Assembly (NCBI GenBank): GCA_963804995.1
Contig: CAWDSK010000001.1
Coordinates: forward strand, 448,001-512,000
Direction of reading: 5' to 3'
DNA length: 64,000 bases
DNA from: an uncultured Acidobacteriota bacterium
GTDB lineage: Bacteria; Acidobacteriota; Terriglobia; UBA7540
Translations under genes and position numbers: made by a program
The notes under the pieces: generated by a model
What the model saw: only the letters and a program-made list of their open reading frames with translations
Databases searched by the model: none
Told to the model about the DNA's origin: nothing
Shown: positions 50,178 to 60,414 of the stretch, one piece after another
Layout of the letters: each line of letters opens with the position of its first letter
How positions within the stretch are numbered: the first letter of the stretch is position 1

Positions 50178-51899
50178 ATGGTTAATCCTAGACATTTGCT
50201 CTTCATTACTCTACTTGCCCTGCTGGCCTTGATTCAGCCTCGGGTGGCTGATACGCAGCCGACCGGCAGAAATGCTGACCGCTACCCACCCGCCCATTTA
50301 CCGACTGCATTCTGCCTACTGCCTACTGCCCACTGCCTACTGCCCACCGCCGGGGTGGACGCGGCCAAAGTACGAGCTCCCGCCGTGGCGGGTGGTTTCT
50401 ATCCCGCCGACCCCAAGGAACTCACCCAGATGATCGATGACTATCTGGCACGTAACTCCGTGGCGCAGGTCCAGGAGCCTCTTGTCGCTCTCATTTGTCC
50501 GCACGCCGGCTATGTCTACACATATCCCGTGGCGGCGGCTTGCTTCGCGCAGCTCAAGGGCAAGAAATACGCACGCGTGGTGGTGATTGCGCCGTCGCAC
50601 TTTGAAAATTTTCCTTTTTCTTCCATCTACGATGGCGACGCCTACCAAACCCCGCTCGGCACGATTCCATTGGACAAGGCTTTCGGGGCGAAGCTCGTGC
50701 AATTAAATTCCACTATTAAGTTCTCAGAGCGCGGCCACACTCCTGCAGGGAAGCAAGGCGAGCACGCGCTGGAAGTTCAACTTCCCTATCTCCAGCGCAC
50801 GATCGGAGAATTCCAACTAGTACCCATCGTGATGGGCGACCAGGATTACGCGCTCTGCCGCTCCCTGGGCGTGGCGCTGGCCAAGGCGCTGCTGGCCGAG
50901 GCCCCTGAAGTGCGCGCCCAGACGCTCATCCTGGTTAGCTCCGACCTTTCGCACTATCACCCTTACGACGAGGCGGTCGGTATCGACCACCACACACTCG
51001 CCGCCCTTGAGGAGTGGGACTACCTGAGCCTGTGGCGCAACTTTATGACGCGTACCTGGGAAGCTTGCGGCGGCGGACCCATCGTGGCGGGCATGATCGC
51101 GGCGGAGCGCCTGGGGGCGAGTCACGCGCAGATTCTCAAGTACGCGAATTCCGGTGATACGACGGGCGATAAGAGCCGCGTGGTCGGTTATGGCGCCGTC
51201 GCCATCACCCAGGCAAAACCGCAGTCCAGCAAGAAGAGCGCGGACTTTTCCCTCACCGGCCACGAGAAGGACGCCTTGATGAAGATCGCCCGGGCGTCGG
51301 TTGAGACTGCGGTGCGCGAAAGAAAGATGTACCTGGTGGGCGCAACCGGCCTGCCGCGTCTGGAGGAAGACCGCGGCGCCTTCGTCACCCTCAAGGAGCA
51401 TGGCGAGCTGCGCGGCTGCATCGGCTACATCACGCCCGTGAAAGCTCTGGCGGAAACCGTGCGCGACGTGGCGGCCTACGCGGCATTGCAGGACCGACGC
51501 TTCGAACCCGTCAGCCCGGCGGAATTGCCCGTGCTTCAGTACGAGATTTCCGTCATGTCACCGCTCCGGCGTGTTTTGGATGTTAAGGAGATCAAAGTTG
51601 GCAAACATGGATTGATTATTAAGAAAGGTGATATCGAGGGAATCCTGCTGCCGCAGGTACCGGTGGAGGAACACTGGGACCGCGACACCTTCATCGAGCA
51701 GACCTGCGTTAAGGCCGGGCTGCCGCGCCACGCCTGGAAGGACGATGACACCGATATCTTCATGTTCACGGCGCTGGTCTTTGGCGAGCAAACTTCTATA
51801 GAGTCGGCGGTGCCTAATCCGCCAACCGCTCCCGGCCGGCAGCAGCCACCAGGGTTACAGCTACCAACACCGTCGGGGCCAGATTCACCACGGCCATGA
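50178..51899 (+). CDS. amrB: Fused AmmeMemoRadiSam protein B (MEMO) + protein A (AMMECR1) with signal peptide
   Basis: VRAPAVAGGFYP, PHAGY, EHALEVQLP, SSDLSHY, YANSGD; then GAFVTL..LRGCIG, DRRF, LLPQV. Confidence 0.9.
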   Translation: MVNPRHLLFITLLALLALIQPRVADTQPTGRNADRYPPAHLPTAFCLLPTAHCLLPTAGVDAAKVRAPAVAGGFYPADPKELTQMIDDYLARNSVAQVQEPLVALICPHAGYVYTYPVAAACFAQLKGKKYARVVVIAPSHFENFPFSSIYDGDAYQTPLGTIPLDKAFGAKLVQLNSTIKFSERGHTPAGKQGEHALEVQLPYLQRTIGEFQLVPIVMGDQDYALCRSLGVALAKALLAEAPEVRAQTLILVSSDLSHYHPYDEAVGIDHHTLAALEEWDYLSLWRNFMTRTWEACGGGPIVAGMIAAERLGASHAQILKYANSGDTTGDKSRVVGYGAVAITQAKPQSSKKSADFSLTGHEKDALMKIARASVETAVRERKMYLVGATGLPRLEEDRGAFVTLKEHGELRGCIGYITPVKALAETVRDVAAYAALQDRRFEPVSPAELPVLQYEISVMSPLRRVLDVKEIKVGKHGLIIKKGDIEGILLPQVPVEEHWDRDTFIEQTCVKAGLPRHAWKDDDTDIFMFTALVFGEQTSIESAVPNPPTAPGRQQPPGLQLPTPSGPDSPRP

Positions 51900-54189
51900 G
51901 CACTGCGGTGCGCAGGAATCCATAAACCGGAATCAAGAGAGCGCTTAAGGCGAGCGCCCCCAAGCAGGCGCCCACAAGATCCAGACCATAGAGCACCCCG
52001 GGTGAGCTCTGGCGCCGGCCGTCGCCCGCAAAATACACGCGAGTTGCGAGGAGAAACTGAAAGCCACCCAGCCACCCCGACCCGAGCGCCAGCAGTGGGA
52101 AGAGCATCTGGCTGGCGATCCGTTGCCCTCCCTCGCTGCTCACGCGACCAAGCTCCACGAGCAATCCGTAGAGAAGCAGCGGCGACAGGGCGGCCAGGAT
52201 TTCGAAGGCCGCGAGAAGGCGCAGATCTTTCGAGAGAGGGGATACGCTAGAGCCGGGCACGCGGCGCAATGCGAGGTACGCGCCTCCCGCCATGCCCACC
52301 ATGAAGAGCGCCACCAGCAGAGTGAGCTCGTGGTAAACATATCCGTAAAGCGCCTGGAAGCCCAGAAGGAGCAGGATCTCCAAACCCAACTCGGTGAACC
52401 CCATCGTTGCCACCGCGAACCCTGCGGCCCGCCGCGCGCGCGCCTGGAGCTTTTCTTCCTTGCCTGCGGGCCACAGCCACATCCACGACAGCAGGGCCGC
52501 GAGCGCGAAGGCGGTGGCTCCGAGCACGCTGCCAAATCTCACTTCCGCCAGAGTTTCAATCCAGCGCCCCGAGGTGCGGTGGAAGCGCGAACTCCACAGC
52601 GCCACATCGAAGTAATAGGCCACCGGGGCAAAGTCACGATTGACCGGAGTGTTTGGCTGGGGCGTGATTTGGAGCTCGAGGTCCAGCCTGCGGTCCGGCG
52701 ACATTCGATAGGGCAGGAAGTATTCCCGCACATATTCCGTGTGCAGCCCCCGCTCCCGCAGGCGGCGCACAAGCTCTTGGGGATCAGTGACCAAGGTTCC
52801 CGTTTTATTTGCCGCGAAAAAATGCACAGTCTCACCCGGAATTGCCGTCACCTCCGGGAAGACCGAGCGCAGGGTGCGATTGAGGCAGCGCAGGAAATCC
52901 GCCAATTCCGCGTTGATGTAGTTTTCCGAGGAGGTAACCTGGAAAGAAACGATGCCGCCCGGGTTCAATTTCGCGGCCGCCTCGCGAAAGAACTCTTCCG
53001 TGTAGAAACGATTGAGCTGCGCGTTGTGCGGATCAGGCAGATTCACGATGATGACGTTGAAGGAGTCCGTGGTACTTTTCAGGAAACGCCGGCCGTCCAT
53101 GGCGTGGACCCGCACGCGCGGATCACGCCGGATTTTCTCCCACGCATCCGGAAAATATTGCGCCGCGATATCAAAGATCATCGGGTCGAGTTCGACGTAA
53201 TCGACGCGCTCGAGACTGGGATGCGTAAGGGCCTCAGCCACGCTTCCATTCACGCCGCCACCGATCAGCAGCAGGCTGCGGGGAGCGGGGTGCTCAAGCA
53301 GCGCATAATGCACCGCTTCTTCTGCCGCGGCGGGATCGGGTACGGTCATTACAATCAATCCGTTTTCGAACAGGCTGCGGCTCGCGCCCGTTCCCACCAC
53401 CGCCAAACTGCCGTACAAGGAATTCCGTGTCGTGACCAGATGGAAGCCGCGCCACAGCATTCGGAGCGAAAGTGGCTCAAGCGCGTAGCTCCCTGCCACT
53501 ACGAGCCCCGCCAGCGCCGCGAAGCGTGCTGCCAGAAGTCCGCGCTTGCCACTCGCAGCGGAGAGAAGTACCCCGGCGGCGGCGAGATTCAGCACGCCCA
53601 GCAGCGCCGCAATTTCGAAGGGGGTGAGCAGCCGCACCAGCGCCAGACCGGCCAGCACTCCGCCCAACCCGGAGCCCGCCGCTTCGAGCAGATAGACCGC
53701 GCCGGTGGCCGTCGCAGTCGTCGAGCCGGTCAGGTCCGAAAACCAGCGGCTGCCGGCGGCGAACAGCCCTCCGGAAATTACGCAGAATACGCTGAGTGTC
53801 GCGAAGGAGGTCACGAACATCGGCACGGGCCCCAGGATTTCACCAGGGACAGGCTGGAAAAAGACCTTGCTCGCCCGCACCGCCAGCAGGGTCAGCGGCA
53901 GCACAAAAGCCGTGAGTGTTTGGAGTCCCGCTAGGAATTTTCGCGGATCGCTGGCGCGCCTCGCCCAACGTCCCAACAGGCTCGAGCCGAGGGCGGTCCA
54001 GAGCAGCCAGTTTGCCAGCACTACTCCCAGGGCGAGTTCGTTGCCATAGAACACGACCAGCAACTCACGCATCAGGACGACTTGGGCGATGACGGCCGTA
54101 AAACCAATCAGCGACAAAATGACTCGCGGGGTCCACGTCACGTTTGGCGCGCGCCAAGACTGGCTTTGGAAGTTCGTTTGCTGCACCAT
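51814..54189 (-). CDS. Fused membrane domain / spermidine synthase-like SAM-dependent protein
   Basis: TM bundles on both sides of LLIGGG..VELDP..DGRRFL..NLPDP..FYTEEFF. Confidence 0.88.
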   Translation of the reverse strand: MVQQTNFQSQSWRAPNVTWTPRVILSLIGFTAVIAQVVLMRELLVVFYGNELALGVVLANWLLWTALGSSLLGRWARRASDPRKFLAGLQTLTAFVLPLTLLAVRASKVFFQPVPGEILGPVPMFVTSFATLSVFCVISGGLFAAGSRWFSDLTGSTTATATGAVYLLEAAGSGLGGVLAGLALVRLLTPFEIAALLGVLNLAAAGVLLSAASGKRGLLAARFAALAGLVVAGSYALEPLSLRMLWRGFHLVTTRNSLYGSLAVVGTGASRSLFENGLIVMTVPDPAAAEEAVHYALLEHPAPRSLLLIGGGVNGSVAEALTHPSLERVDYVELDPMIFDIAAQYFPDAWEKIRRDPRVRVHAMDGRRFLKSTTDSFNVIIVNLPDPHNAQLNRFYTEEFFREAAAKLNPGGIVSFQVTSSENYINAELADFLRCLNRTLRSVFPEVTAIPGETVHFFAANKTGTLVTDPQELVRRLRERGLHTEYVREYFLPYRMSPDRRLDLELQITPQPNTPVNRDFAPVAYYFDVALWSSRFHRTSGRWIETLAEVRFGSVLGATAFALAALLSWMWLWPAGKEEKLQARARRAAGFAVATMGFTELGLEILLLLGFQALYGYVYHELTLLVALFMVGMAGGAYLALRRVPGSSVSPLSKDLRLLAAFEILAALSPLLLYGLLVELGRVSSEGGQRIASQMLFPLLALGSGWLGGFQFLLATRVYFAGDGRRQSSPGVLYGLDLVGACLGALALSALLIPVYGFLRTAVLMAVVNLAPTVLVAVTLVAAAGRERLAD

Positions 54190-54270
54190 ATCTGTTGGTC
54201 GAAAGGCAATACGGTTGCCAATTCACCAGATTGCTCAGATTAAGTGAATTCGCGCCAAAGGGAAACGAGG

Positions 54271-55278
54271 ATGGCCCCCACTCCTGGACCGCTGTTAAAT
54301 CCAGAACCCGACTCTGCCAGCCGGCGCGAGATGCTTGTGAAGCTCCTGCGCGCCGGGGGCTTAAGTACTGCAAGCGTGGCCGCCGCGCTGTGGCTCCGCG
54401 GACGCAGTCGGAGGCCGGAAGAGGAAGTTGCGCTCACGCTGAACCGAAGTTTCGTAGTGCCCGCCGACGCCCAATATCCAGAAATAGTTGTGGCCCAAGG
54501 AGAAGACCCTCGCGCGCTGGTTCGGAAGGCGCTGGAGGGGCTGGGTGGCGTGCGGCGCTTCATTGGGCGGGGTGACGTGGTGGTGATTAAGCCCAATATT
54601 GCGTGGGATCGCACTCCTGAGCAAGCCGCCAACACCAATCCCCTGGCGGTGGCGGAAATGGTGCGGCAGTGCCTGGAGGCGGGCGCGAAGAAAGTGATCG
54701 TCACGGACGTAAGTTGCAATGATCCCCGCCGGTGCTTCCAGCGCAGCGGTATTGCTAGTGCGGCCAGCGCGGAGGGGGCGGAAATCGTGCTCCCCGAAGA
54801 AAGCCTGTTCCGTGAGGTCAACCTGCGCGGCGACGTTCTGGGTGAGTGGCCGGTGCTCGAGCCTTTCATCGCCGCCGACAAGATGATCAACTTTCCCGTT
54901 GCCAAGTCTCACAGCCTGACGGGCGTTTCGCTGGGGATGAAGAATTGGTATGGGATTTTGGGCGGCGCGCGCAACCGGCTGCATCAACGCATCCACGAAA
55001 GCCTGGCGGATCTCGCCGACGTCATGCGCCCCACGTTGACCTTGATGGATGCTTATCGCGTGCTCATCCGCAACGGCCCCACCGGGGGTAGCCTTTCCGA
55101 CGTCCTCCTGAAAAAGACACTCGTGGCGGCAACCGACCCCGTGGCTCTTGACGCCTATGTGGCCAAGGCTTACTGGGACCTTGATTCCAGCCAGTTACAC
55201 TATTTGCAGCTTGCGCAGGAACGCGGCCTGGGGAAACTCGATTTCGGAAAGGTCCGCACGCAAGTTGTCACAGTGTAA
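54271..55278 (+). CDS. DUF362 domain protein with Tat-like signal
   Basis: SRREMLVK; VVIKPNIAWDRTPEQAANTNP, KSH..SLGMKNWYG, DPVALD. Confidence 0.88.
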   Translation: MAPTPGPLLNPEPDSASRREMLVKLLRAGGLSTASVAAALWLRGRSRRPEEEVALTLNRSFVVPADAQYPEIVVAQGEDPRALVRKALEGLGGVRRFIGRGDVVVIKPNIAWDRTPEQAANTNPLAVAEMVRQCLEAGAKKVIVTDVSCNDPRRCFQRSGIASAASAEGAEIVLPEESLFREVNLRGDVLGEWPVLEPFIAADKMINFPVAKSHSLTGVSLGMKNWYGILGGARNRLHQRIHESLADLADVMRPTLTLMDAYRVLIRNGPTGGSLSDVLLKKTLVAATDPVALDAYVAKAYWDLDSSQLHYLQLAQERGLGKLDFGKVRTQVVTV

Positions 55279-55539
55279 TTGAGAAATCCCCCGAGGGAGT
55301 GCCGCGGAACTGGTGAATAAACCAGCGCAGCCCACACAACCTAACCATTGCGCGGACACAGGGCGCCAAAGGGTTTTTGCGTGCCCCCTCTGTGTCTTTG
55401 GCTAAGTCTATTGATTGCCTTTACTTACGGGCAGTAATGGGGTGGACATCAGCTTTGTCAGATCGCGCGTTGCCGCTTCCTAACTGAGCCTGGCGGAACA
55501 GGGCGAATCGGAAGTATGAACGCCTTGGGCTGGCGTGAC

Positions 55540-56937
55540 TTAGGGGAGATTCCTTTGCAGCGCCGCGACGGTCCGCTCGGCTCGGGCAATTTGGCGCGCT
55601 ACCTGCCTTGGAGCGGTTCCGCCGGTTACGTTGCGCCGGGCGACGGAACGTTCTGGCGAGATGGCCACAGCGCGCAGTTTCGAATCCCAGGTGGGGAGGA
55701 AACTGGCGGCCTCGGCCGGTGCCAAATCCTTGAAGGTCTTCCCTTGCGCCACGCAATGCCGAACCAGTTTCCCCACTTGCTCGTGGGCTTCGGCAAAGGG
55801 CACACCGCGCCCCACCAATTCGTCGGCGAGATCGGTGGCCGTCAAGTAGCCGAGCTGGGTCATGGCCTGCATGCGCTCGGGATGGATGCGCATAGTGGCG
55901 GCGACGCGTCCCGCGATGACCAGGGCCTCAAGCGTCGTGTCCACGCCGGAGAACAGTGCCGCCTTGTCTTCCTGCAGGTCACGATTATAGGCAAGCGGCA
56001 GGCCCTTCATCACCGCCAGTATTCCGGTAAGTTTGCCGATAAGCGTTCCCGCCCGGCCGCGAATAAGCTCCAGCGAATCGGGATTCTTCTTCTGCGGCAT
56101 CAGGCTGCTGCCGGTGGAATAGGTGTCAGCCAGTTCCAGGTAGCCGAATCCCGGCGAAGAGTAAATGATGCGATCTTCCGCCCAGCGGCTCAGGTGAACC
56201 ATACATAATGCGCAAACGAAAAGCAGTTCTGCCACACTGTCGCGGTCAGAGGTCACGTCCACGCTGTTGGCGGCGACGCGTGCAAATCCCAGGTCGCGCC
56301 CCAGGCGTTCGCGATTAATCGCAAAGGTGGTTCCCGCCAGAGCGCCCGCGCCCATGGGAAGCTCGTCAGCGTGCGCGCGGCACTCCTCCAAGCGAGTCAC
56401 GTCGCGATGGAACATCTCAAAATAGGCAAGCAGGTAATGCGAAAAAAGGATAGGCTGCGCCGGCTGCAGGTGCGTGTATCCGGGCAGAATCAATTGGATA
56501 TTCCGCCGGGCTTGCATGACCACCGCGGCCAGCATTTCGACCAGCGCGCGCTGGAGTTCGAGAGACGCGTCCTTCACGTACAGCCGCATCTCAGTCGCTA
56601 CCAGATCATTCCGGCTGCGGCCGGTGCGCAACTTGCGTGCTACGTCGCCCACTTGCCGCTCGAGCTCGGCTTCGACCCAGGTGTGGACGTCCTCGGCAAC
56701 CTGCCCGTGGGCCCAGCGGGGATTACGCTCGACTTTGCGCCGCAGCGTTTCCAATCCCGCGGAGAGGCGCCCGACTTCCCGGGGTTTCAGGACGCGCGCC
56801 CGCCCCAGCGCCTTTACGTAGGCCAGGTTGACGCGCAGGTCGTAGAGGACGAAGCGCTGGTCGAGCGAAAAGGATTCGGAAAACTTTTCGAATTCCGGGT
56901 CGCGTTGGCCGCTGAAACGTCCGCCCCAAAGCTTCAT
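55540..56937 (-). CDS. argH: Argininosuccinate lyase
   Basis: MKLWGGRF, GRSRND, PGYTHLQ, STGSSLMPQKKNPD. Confidence 0.97.
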   Translation of the reverse strand: MKLWGGRFSGQRDPEFEKFSESFSLDQRFVLYDLRVNLAYVKALGRARVLKPREVGRLSAGLETLRRKVERNPRWAHGQVAEDVHTWVEAELERQVGDVARKLRTGRSRNDLVATEMRLYVKDASLELQRALVEMLAAVVMQARRNIQLILPGYTHLQPAQPILFSHYLLAYFEMFHRDVTRLEECRAHADELPMGAGALAGTTFAINRERLGRDLGFARVAANSVDVTSDRDSVAELLFVCALCMVHLSRWAEDRIIYSSPGFGYLELADTYSTGSSLMPQKKNPDSLELIRGRAGTLIGKLTGILAVMKGLPLAYNRDLQEDKAALFSGVDTTLEALVIAGRVAATMRIHPERMQAMTQLGYLTATDLADELVGRGVPFAEAHEQVGKLVRHCVAQGKTFKDLAPAEAASFLPTWDSKLRAVAISPERSVARRNVTGGTAPRQVARQIARAERTVAALQRNLP

Positions 56938-58184
56938 CCCGCTTTCCTCCGGGAAGGTTTTGCTTTCCCCTGGGCGCGCTTGGCGAAAGCCAGCCGCAGC
57001 GGCAGGCCCAGAATGTTGATGAACCCTTCGGCGTCTTTCTGGTTGTAGTCTGAGCCCATCACGAAGCTGCCGATACTGGTGTCGTATAGAGAATAGGGAG
57101 ACTCGCGGTCCAGCACCCGCACGTTGCCACGGTAAAGCCCCAGCGTCACCTTGCCGGTCACGGTCGGTTGCGTAGCCTCCACAAAGGCATCAAGAGCCTC
57201 GCGCAGCGGCGTGAACCACTGGCCGTTATACACGAGCTCAGCATATCGCAATGCGATATGTTGTTTGTAGTGCAGCGTCTCACGGTCGAGGCACAGAGCT
57301 TCCATTTCCTGGTGCGCGGCGTAAATCAGGGTGCCGGCCGGCGTCTCGTAAGCGCCATGCGACTTGATTCCCACCAGGCGGTTTTCCACCAGGTCCGTAC
57401 GTCCCACGCCGTAATGCCCCCCGATCTCATTCAACTTTTCGACGAGCCTGACAGGGTTCATCCGCCGCCCGTTCACCGAGACCGGCACGCCTGCCTCAAA
57501 GCCGATCTCGACCGTCCCTTCCTTCTCCGGCGCATGCTGGGGGCTCCGAGTAAGCTTCCAGGCGTCATCGGGCGGCTCGCCTAAATGGGTTTCAAGCGGC
57601 CCCCCTTCGTGGCTCAGGTGCCACAGATTCTGGTCGCGGCTGTAAAGGTCCTGCTTGGTAACCGAGACCGGCACGCCGTGGGCCTCAGCGTAATCCACCG
57701 CGTCTTCACGCGACTTGATGGACCACTCCCGCCAGGGGGCGATGACGCGCAGGTGCGGGGCCAGCGCCTTGTATGCGAGCTCGAAACGGACCTGGTCGTT
57801 GCCCTTGCCCGTGCAGCCGTGCGCAAGCGCATCCGCACCCTGCTCAAGCGCCACCCGGACCTGCGCCTTGGCGAGTACCGGCCGGGCAAGTGCGGTTCCC
57901 AAAAGATATTTGCCTTCATACACGGTGCCCGCCCGAACGGCTTTCCACAGGTAACCGGTTACGAATTCCTCCCGCAGGTCCTCAACGAAAACTTTGGAGG
58001 CGCCGCTTGCCAAAGCCTTGCGACGCACGGCCACGTAATCATCGCCCTGGCCGACGTTTCCAACCATGGCGATAACTTCGCATTCGTAATTCTCTCGTAA
58101 CCAGGGAATGATGATGGAGGTATCAAGCCCTCCCGAATAGGCCAGAACTACGCGTTTGACAGGTGCTAAAGAGAATACGTCCAT
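56934..58184 (-). CDS. argG: Argininosuccinate synthase
   Basis: LAYSGGLDTS, HGCTGKGNDQVRFE, ENRLVGIKS. Confidence 0.97.
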   Translation of the reverse strand: MDVFSLAPVKRVVLAYSGGLDTSIIIPWLRENYECEVIAMVGNVGQGDDYVAVRRKALASGASKVFVEDLREEFVTGYLWKAVRAGTVYEGKYLLGTALARPVLAKAQVRVALEQGADALAHGCTGKGNDQVRFELAYKALAPHLRVIAPWREWSIKSREDAVDYAEAHGVPVSVTKQDLYSRDQNLWHLSHEGGPLETHLGEPPDDAWKLTRSPQHAPEKEGTVEIGFEAGVPVSVNGRRMNPVRLVEKLNEIGGHYGVGRTDLVENRLVGIKSHGAYETPAGTLIYAAHQEMEALCLDRETLHYKQHIALRYAELVYNGQWFTPLREALDAFVEATQPTVTGKVTLGLYRGNVRVLDRESPYSLYDTSIGSFVMGSDYNQKDAEGFINILGLPLRLAFAKRAQGKAKPSRRKAG

Positions 58185-58258
58185 GGGGTTGAGTCTTGAT
58201 TTCCTTTCTATTGGGGATTATCGGAATCCAAAGATCCTGCCGCGCCGGGTGCGAACCT

Positions 58259-58370
58259 TTGGAGTGCGGGAGCTTGGTCCCGCTTTTGCCACCGCTGACT
58301 CGTCAGCGGTCTGTGTATCGCCGCATCGAGTTGCGGCGAGGGAAAGCGGCGACGAGTCGCCGCACTCCAA
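58259..58370. repeat. REP doublet (TTGGAGTGCGG..CCGCACTCCAA)
   Basis: Related to 34630-34712 and to 58991-59104. Confidence 0.7.
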
Positions 58371-58384
58371 AGAGCCGCTGCCCC

Positions 58385-58831
58385 TCAAGCCGCCACGAGC
58401 GCCAGGATTTTCCTGCGAATCTGGGCAGCCTGGCGAGAGCCGGGTGTGGCGATAAAGATAGTGTCGTCGCCGGCCACGGTTCCCACTACTCCTTCCCAAG
58501 GCTCAGCGTCCAAGGCTGCCGCCACGGAGTGAGCGTTGCCCGGCCGGGTCTTGAGGACCACCAGGTTTGCCGCCTGGCGAGCCTCGGTCAGGAATTCCTT
58601 CAGCACGATGGGGAGCGCCGGCTGGGGGGGCACGATCGGCTCTGCGGCTTCCGGCAGACGGTAACCGCGGCGTGTCTTGACCAGGCCCAGTTCCTCGATG
58701 TCGCGCGAGACCGTAGCCTGGGTGACATGGATGCCCCGGTGCGCCAGCTTACGGCGCAGGTCGTCCTGCGTCGCGACGGCTTCGCTGCGCAGGAGGTCCA
58801 GGATCTGCGTTCGTCGGTAGACATTGTCCAT
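58385..58831 (-). CDS. argR: Arginine repressor
   Basis: TQATVSRDI, KTRPGNA, GTVAGDDT. Confidence 0.95.
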   Translation of the reverse strand: MDNVYRRTQILDLLRSEAVATQDDLRRKLAHRGIHVTQATVSRDIEELGLVKTRRGYRLPEAAEPIVPPQPALPIVLKEFLTEARQAANLVVLKTRPGNAHSVAAALDAEPWEGVVGTVAGDDTIFIATPGSRQAAQIRRKILALVAA

Positions 58832-58862
58832 GCAAGTTTATGCAGACCATTTATAAATATAC
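58829..58862 (-). promoter_or_regulatory. Putative ARG box(es) at the argR start
   Basis: TGCATAAACTTGCA pseudo-palindrome plus adjacent AT-rich half site. Confidence 0.6.
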
Positions 58863-58990
58863 CACAGCTGGGTGGGGGTCGCAAGCGGGGATCGGCTGGC
58901 TGGCGCCCCGACCAGTCGGGGCGATTCACGTGGCTGAGCATGCCCTCCGGGACGCATACATAAAGAGCGATGTATGCGCCACCCGTGCAG

Positions 58991-59104
58991 GCGCCTTGGA
59001 CTGCGGTAGCAGCAGCTACCGCCCTTCTTCCCACACGCCTTGCCAATTTGCCGTATGGACCGGAGGCGGAAGGCGGTAGCTGCTGCTACCGCAGTCCAAG
59101 GCGC
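58991..59104. repeat. REP doublet with long perfect IR
   Basis: GCGCCTTGGACTGCGGTAGCAGCAGCTACCGCC..GGCGGTAGCTGCTGCTACCGCAGTCCAAGGCGC. Confidence 0.8.
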
Positions 59105-59177
59105 TGCGCGCATCACGCTTCGGAAGCGCGGGCCGAAGATCCCGGCCCGCGCCGCCATCACGAAAGGAGGGTACAGC

Positions 59178-59876
59178 CTAGAAGTGCGGCATTTCCGGCA
59201 TCTTCTGGGGCTCACCCTTGATGTGGGAGGTTTCGTTGGTCAGGGCTCTCTTCAGCACCATGGTCACATCGGCGTTAACCATTTTTACCAGGGCATACGG
59301 TGTAACGTCGGTGGAGACCCACATGTCGGCGGGGCCGTTCCTTTCCTGCTTACGATAATGTTGGCAGGAAAAAGTGCCAGCGGGAACCGTGACCGATTCC
59401 GTCCCCACCAATTCGCCCATGTCGGCCTTACCCGCGCCAGTGGACGGCTGAGGCTGATGTTGTTTCATCATCCCCATCATGATGCCGCTCATTTCCATGG
59501 GAGGACGCCCAGGAGTTTGGACGATCATGCGCTTGATACCCATTTGCGGACCCTCGGTGACCATCAATATCTTGTTAACCATCTCACCGCCCATCTCGGC
59601 GCTGGTCATTCGCTGCTCCATCCACAAGCCGTCGGCGCCATCAACTTTTTCCTTGCTCAGGATGACCGTAGCCATGTCCGCGTCCATTTCCTTGCCATTC
59701 TTCTTGGTGGTCATTTGATATTCCGCGCCGGAGCCCTCCACCGGATTGCGCAGGCCGGGCATTTGGGGCATGCTGCCCATCGTGCCCATGCCACCACCCG
59801 GACGCTGCGCCCACGCGCCCGCTAAGGCCACCAGCACTAAAGCTAATACCGCCACTGCCCTCTTTAAGCTGCTCAT
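59178..59876 (-). CDS. Secreted Met-rich hypothetical protein (DUF4412-like)
   Basis: GGAGG RBS, signal peptide AWA-Q, GTESVTVPAGTFSCQHY..WVS motif. Confidence 0.75.
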   Translation of the reverse strand: MSSLKRAVAVLALVLVALAGAWAQRPGGGMGTMGSMPQMPGLRNPVEGSGAEYQMTTKKNGKEMDADMATVILSKEKVDGADGLWMEQRMTSAEMGGEMVNKILMVTEGPQMGIKRMIVQTPGRPPMEMSGIMMGMMKQHQPQPSTGAGKADMGELVGTESVTVPAGTFSCQHYRKQERNGPADMWVSTDVTPYALVKMVNADVTMVLKRALTNETSHIKGEPQKMPEMPHF

Positions 59877-60117
59877 AAATTCATCCCTCCCGTTTTTGGA
59901 TGGCCCGTGAGCGATGCTGCTGAGCCTCAGGCCGGAGATAAGATTCCCGCGATCGAGCGACCACGCTGATATCACTTATGCCTTTGTGCGACCAGTATCT
60001 GGCGCAGAGTATAGCAGAAAACCTGCGCGGATGTGGAAGCAGGGATCTGGTGCCAAGCTGCATTAATAAGCGACACTATTCATGGCCTTCGGCAGGGCGG
60101 GGCGGCAGTAGGCGGGA

Positions 60118-60246
60118 GAAGGTGTGAAGAAATAGTATTCTTACCGCCGAGGCGCTGAGACGCAGAGAAAAGGACCTTTATATTCATTCCTCTGCGCCTC
60201 AGCGTCTCTGCGGTAAGAAGGTTCTAGACGATTTTTTCACAGCTTC
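60118..60246. repeat. Palindromic element copy 1 (direct repeat of 61561-61670)
   Basis: TTACCGCCGAGGCGCTGAGACGCAGAGAAAAGGACC..CTCTGCGCCTCAGCGTCTCTGCGGTAA. Confidence 0.8.
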
Positions 60247-60414
60247 GGAGGCGTGCATGCGCAGCGTTCGGTGCGATCCGCCGGGGCTTCCTGTATACTC
60301 AGCAAGAGTCGCGCGTCAAAAATGGAAAATCCGCGGGCCATCTTCAAAATCTGTTCGCCATCCGATCGGGGCGGCCGCCCTCGCACGAACCACCAGAGAT
60401 GGGTCCGAGGGGCG

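Noticed and set aside
52123..53934. 603-aa plus-strand ORF
   Set aside because: Antisense shadow of the spermidine-synthase-like gene; no motifs; expected in GC-rich DNA
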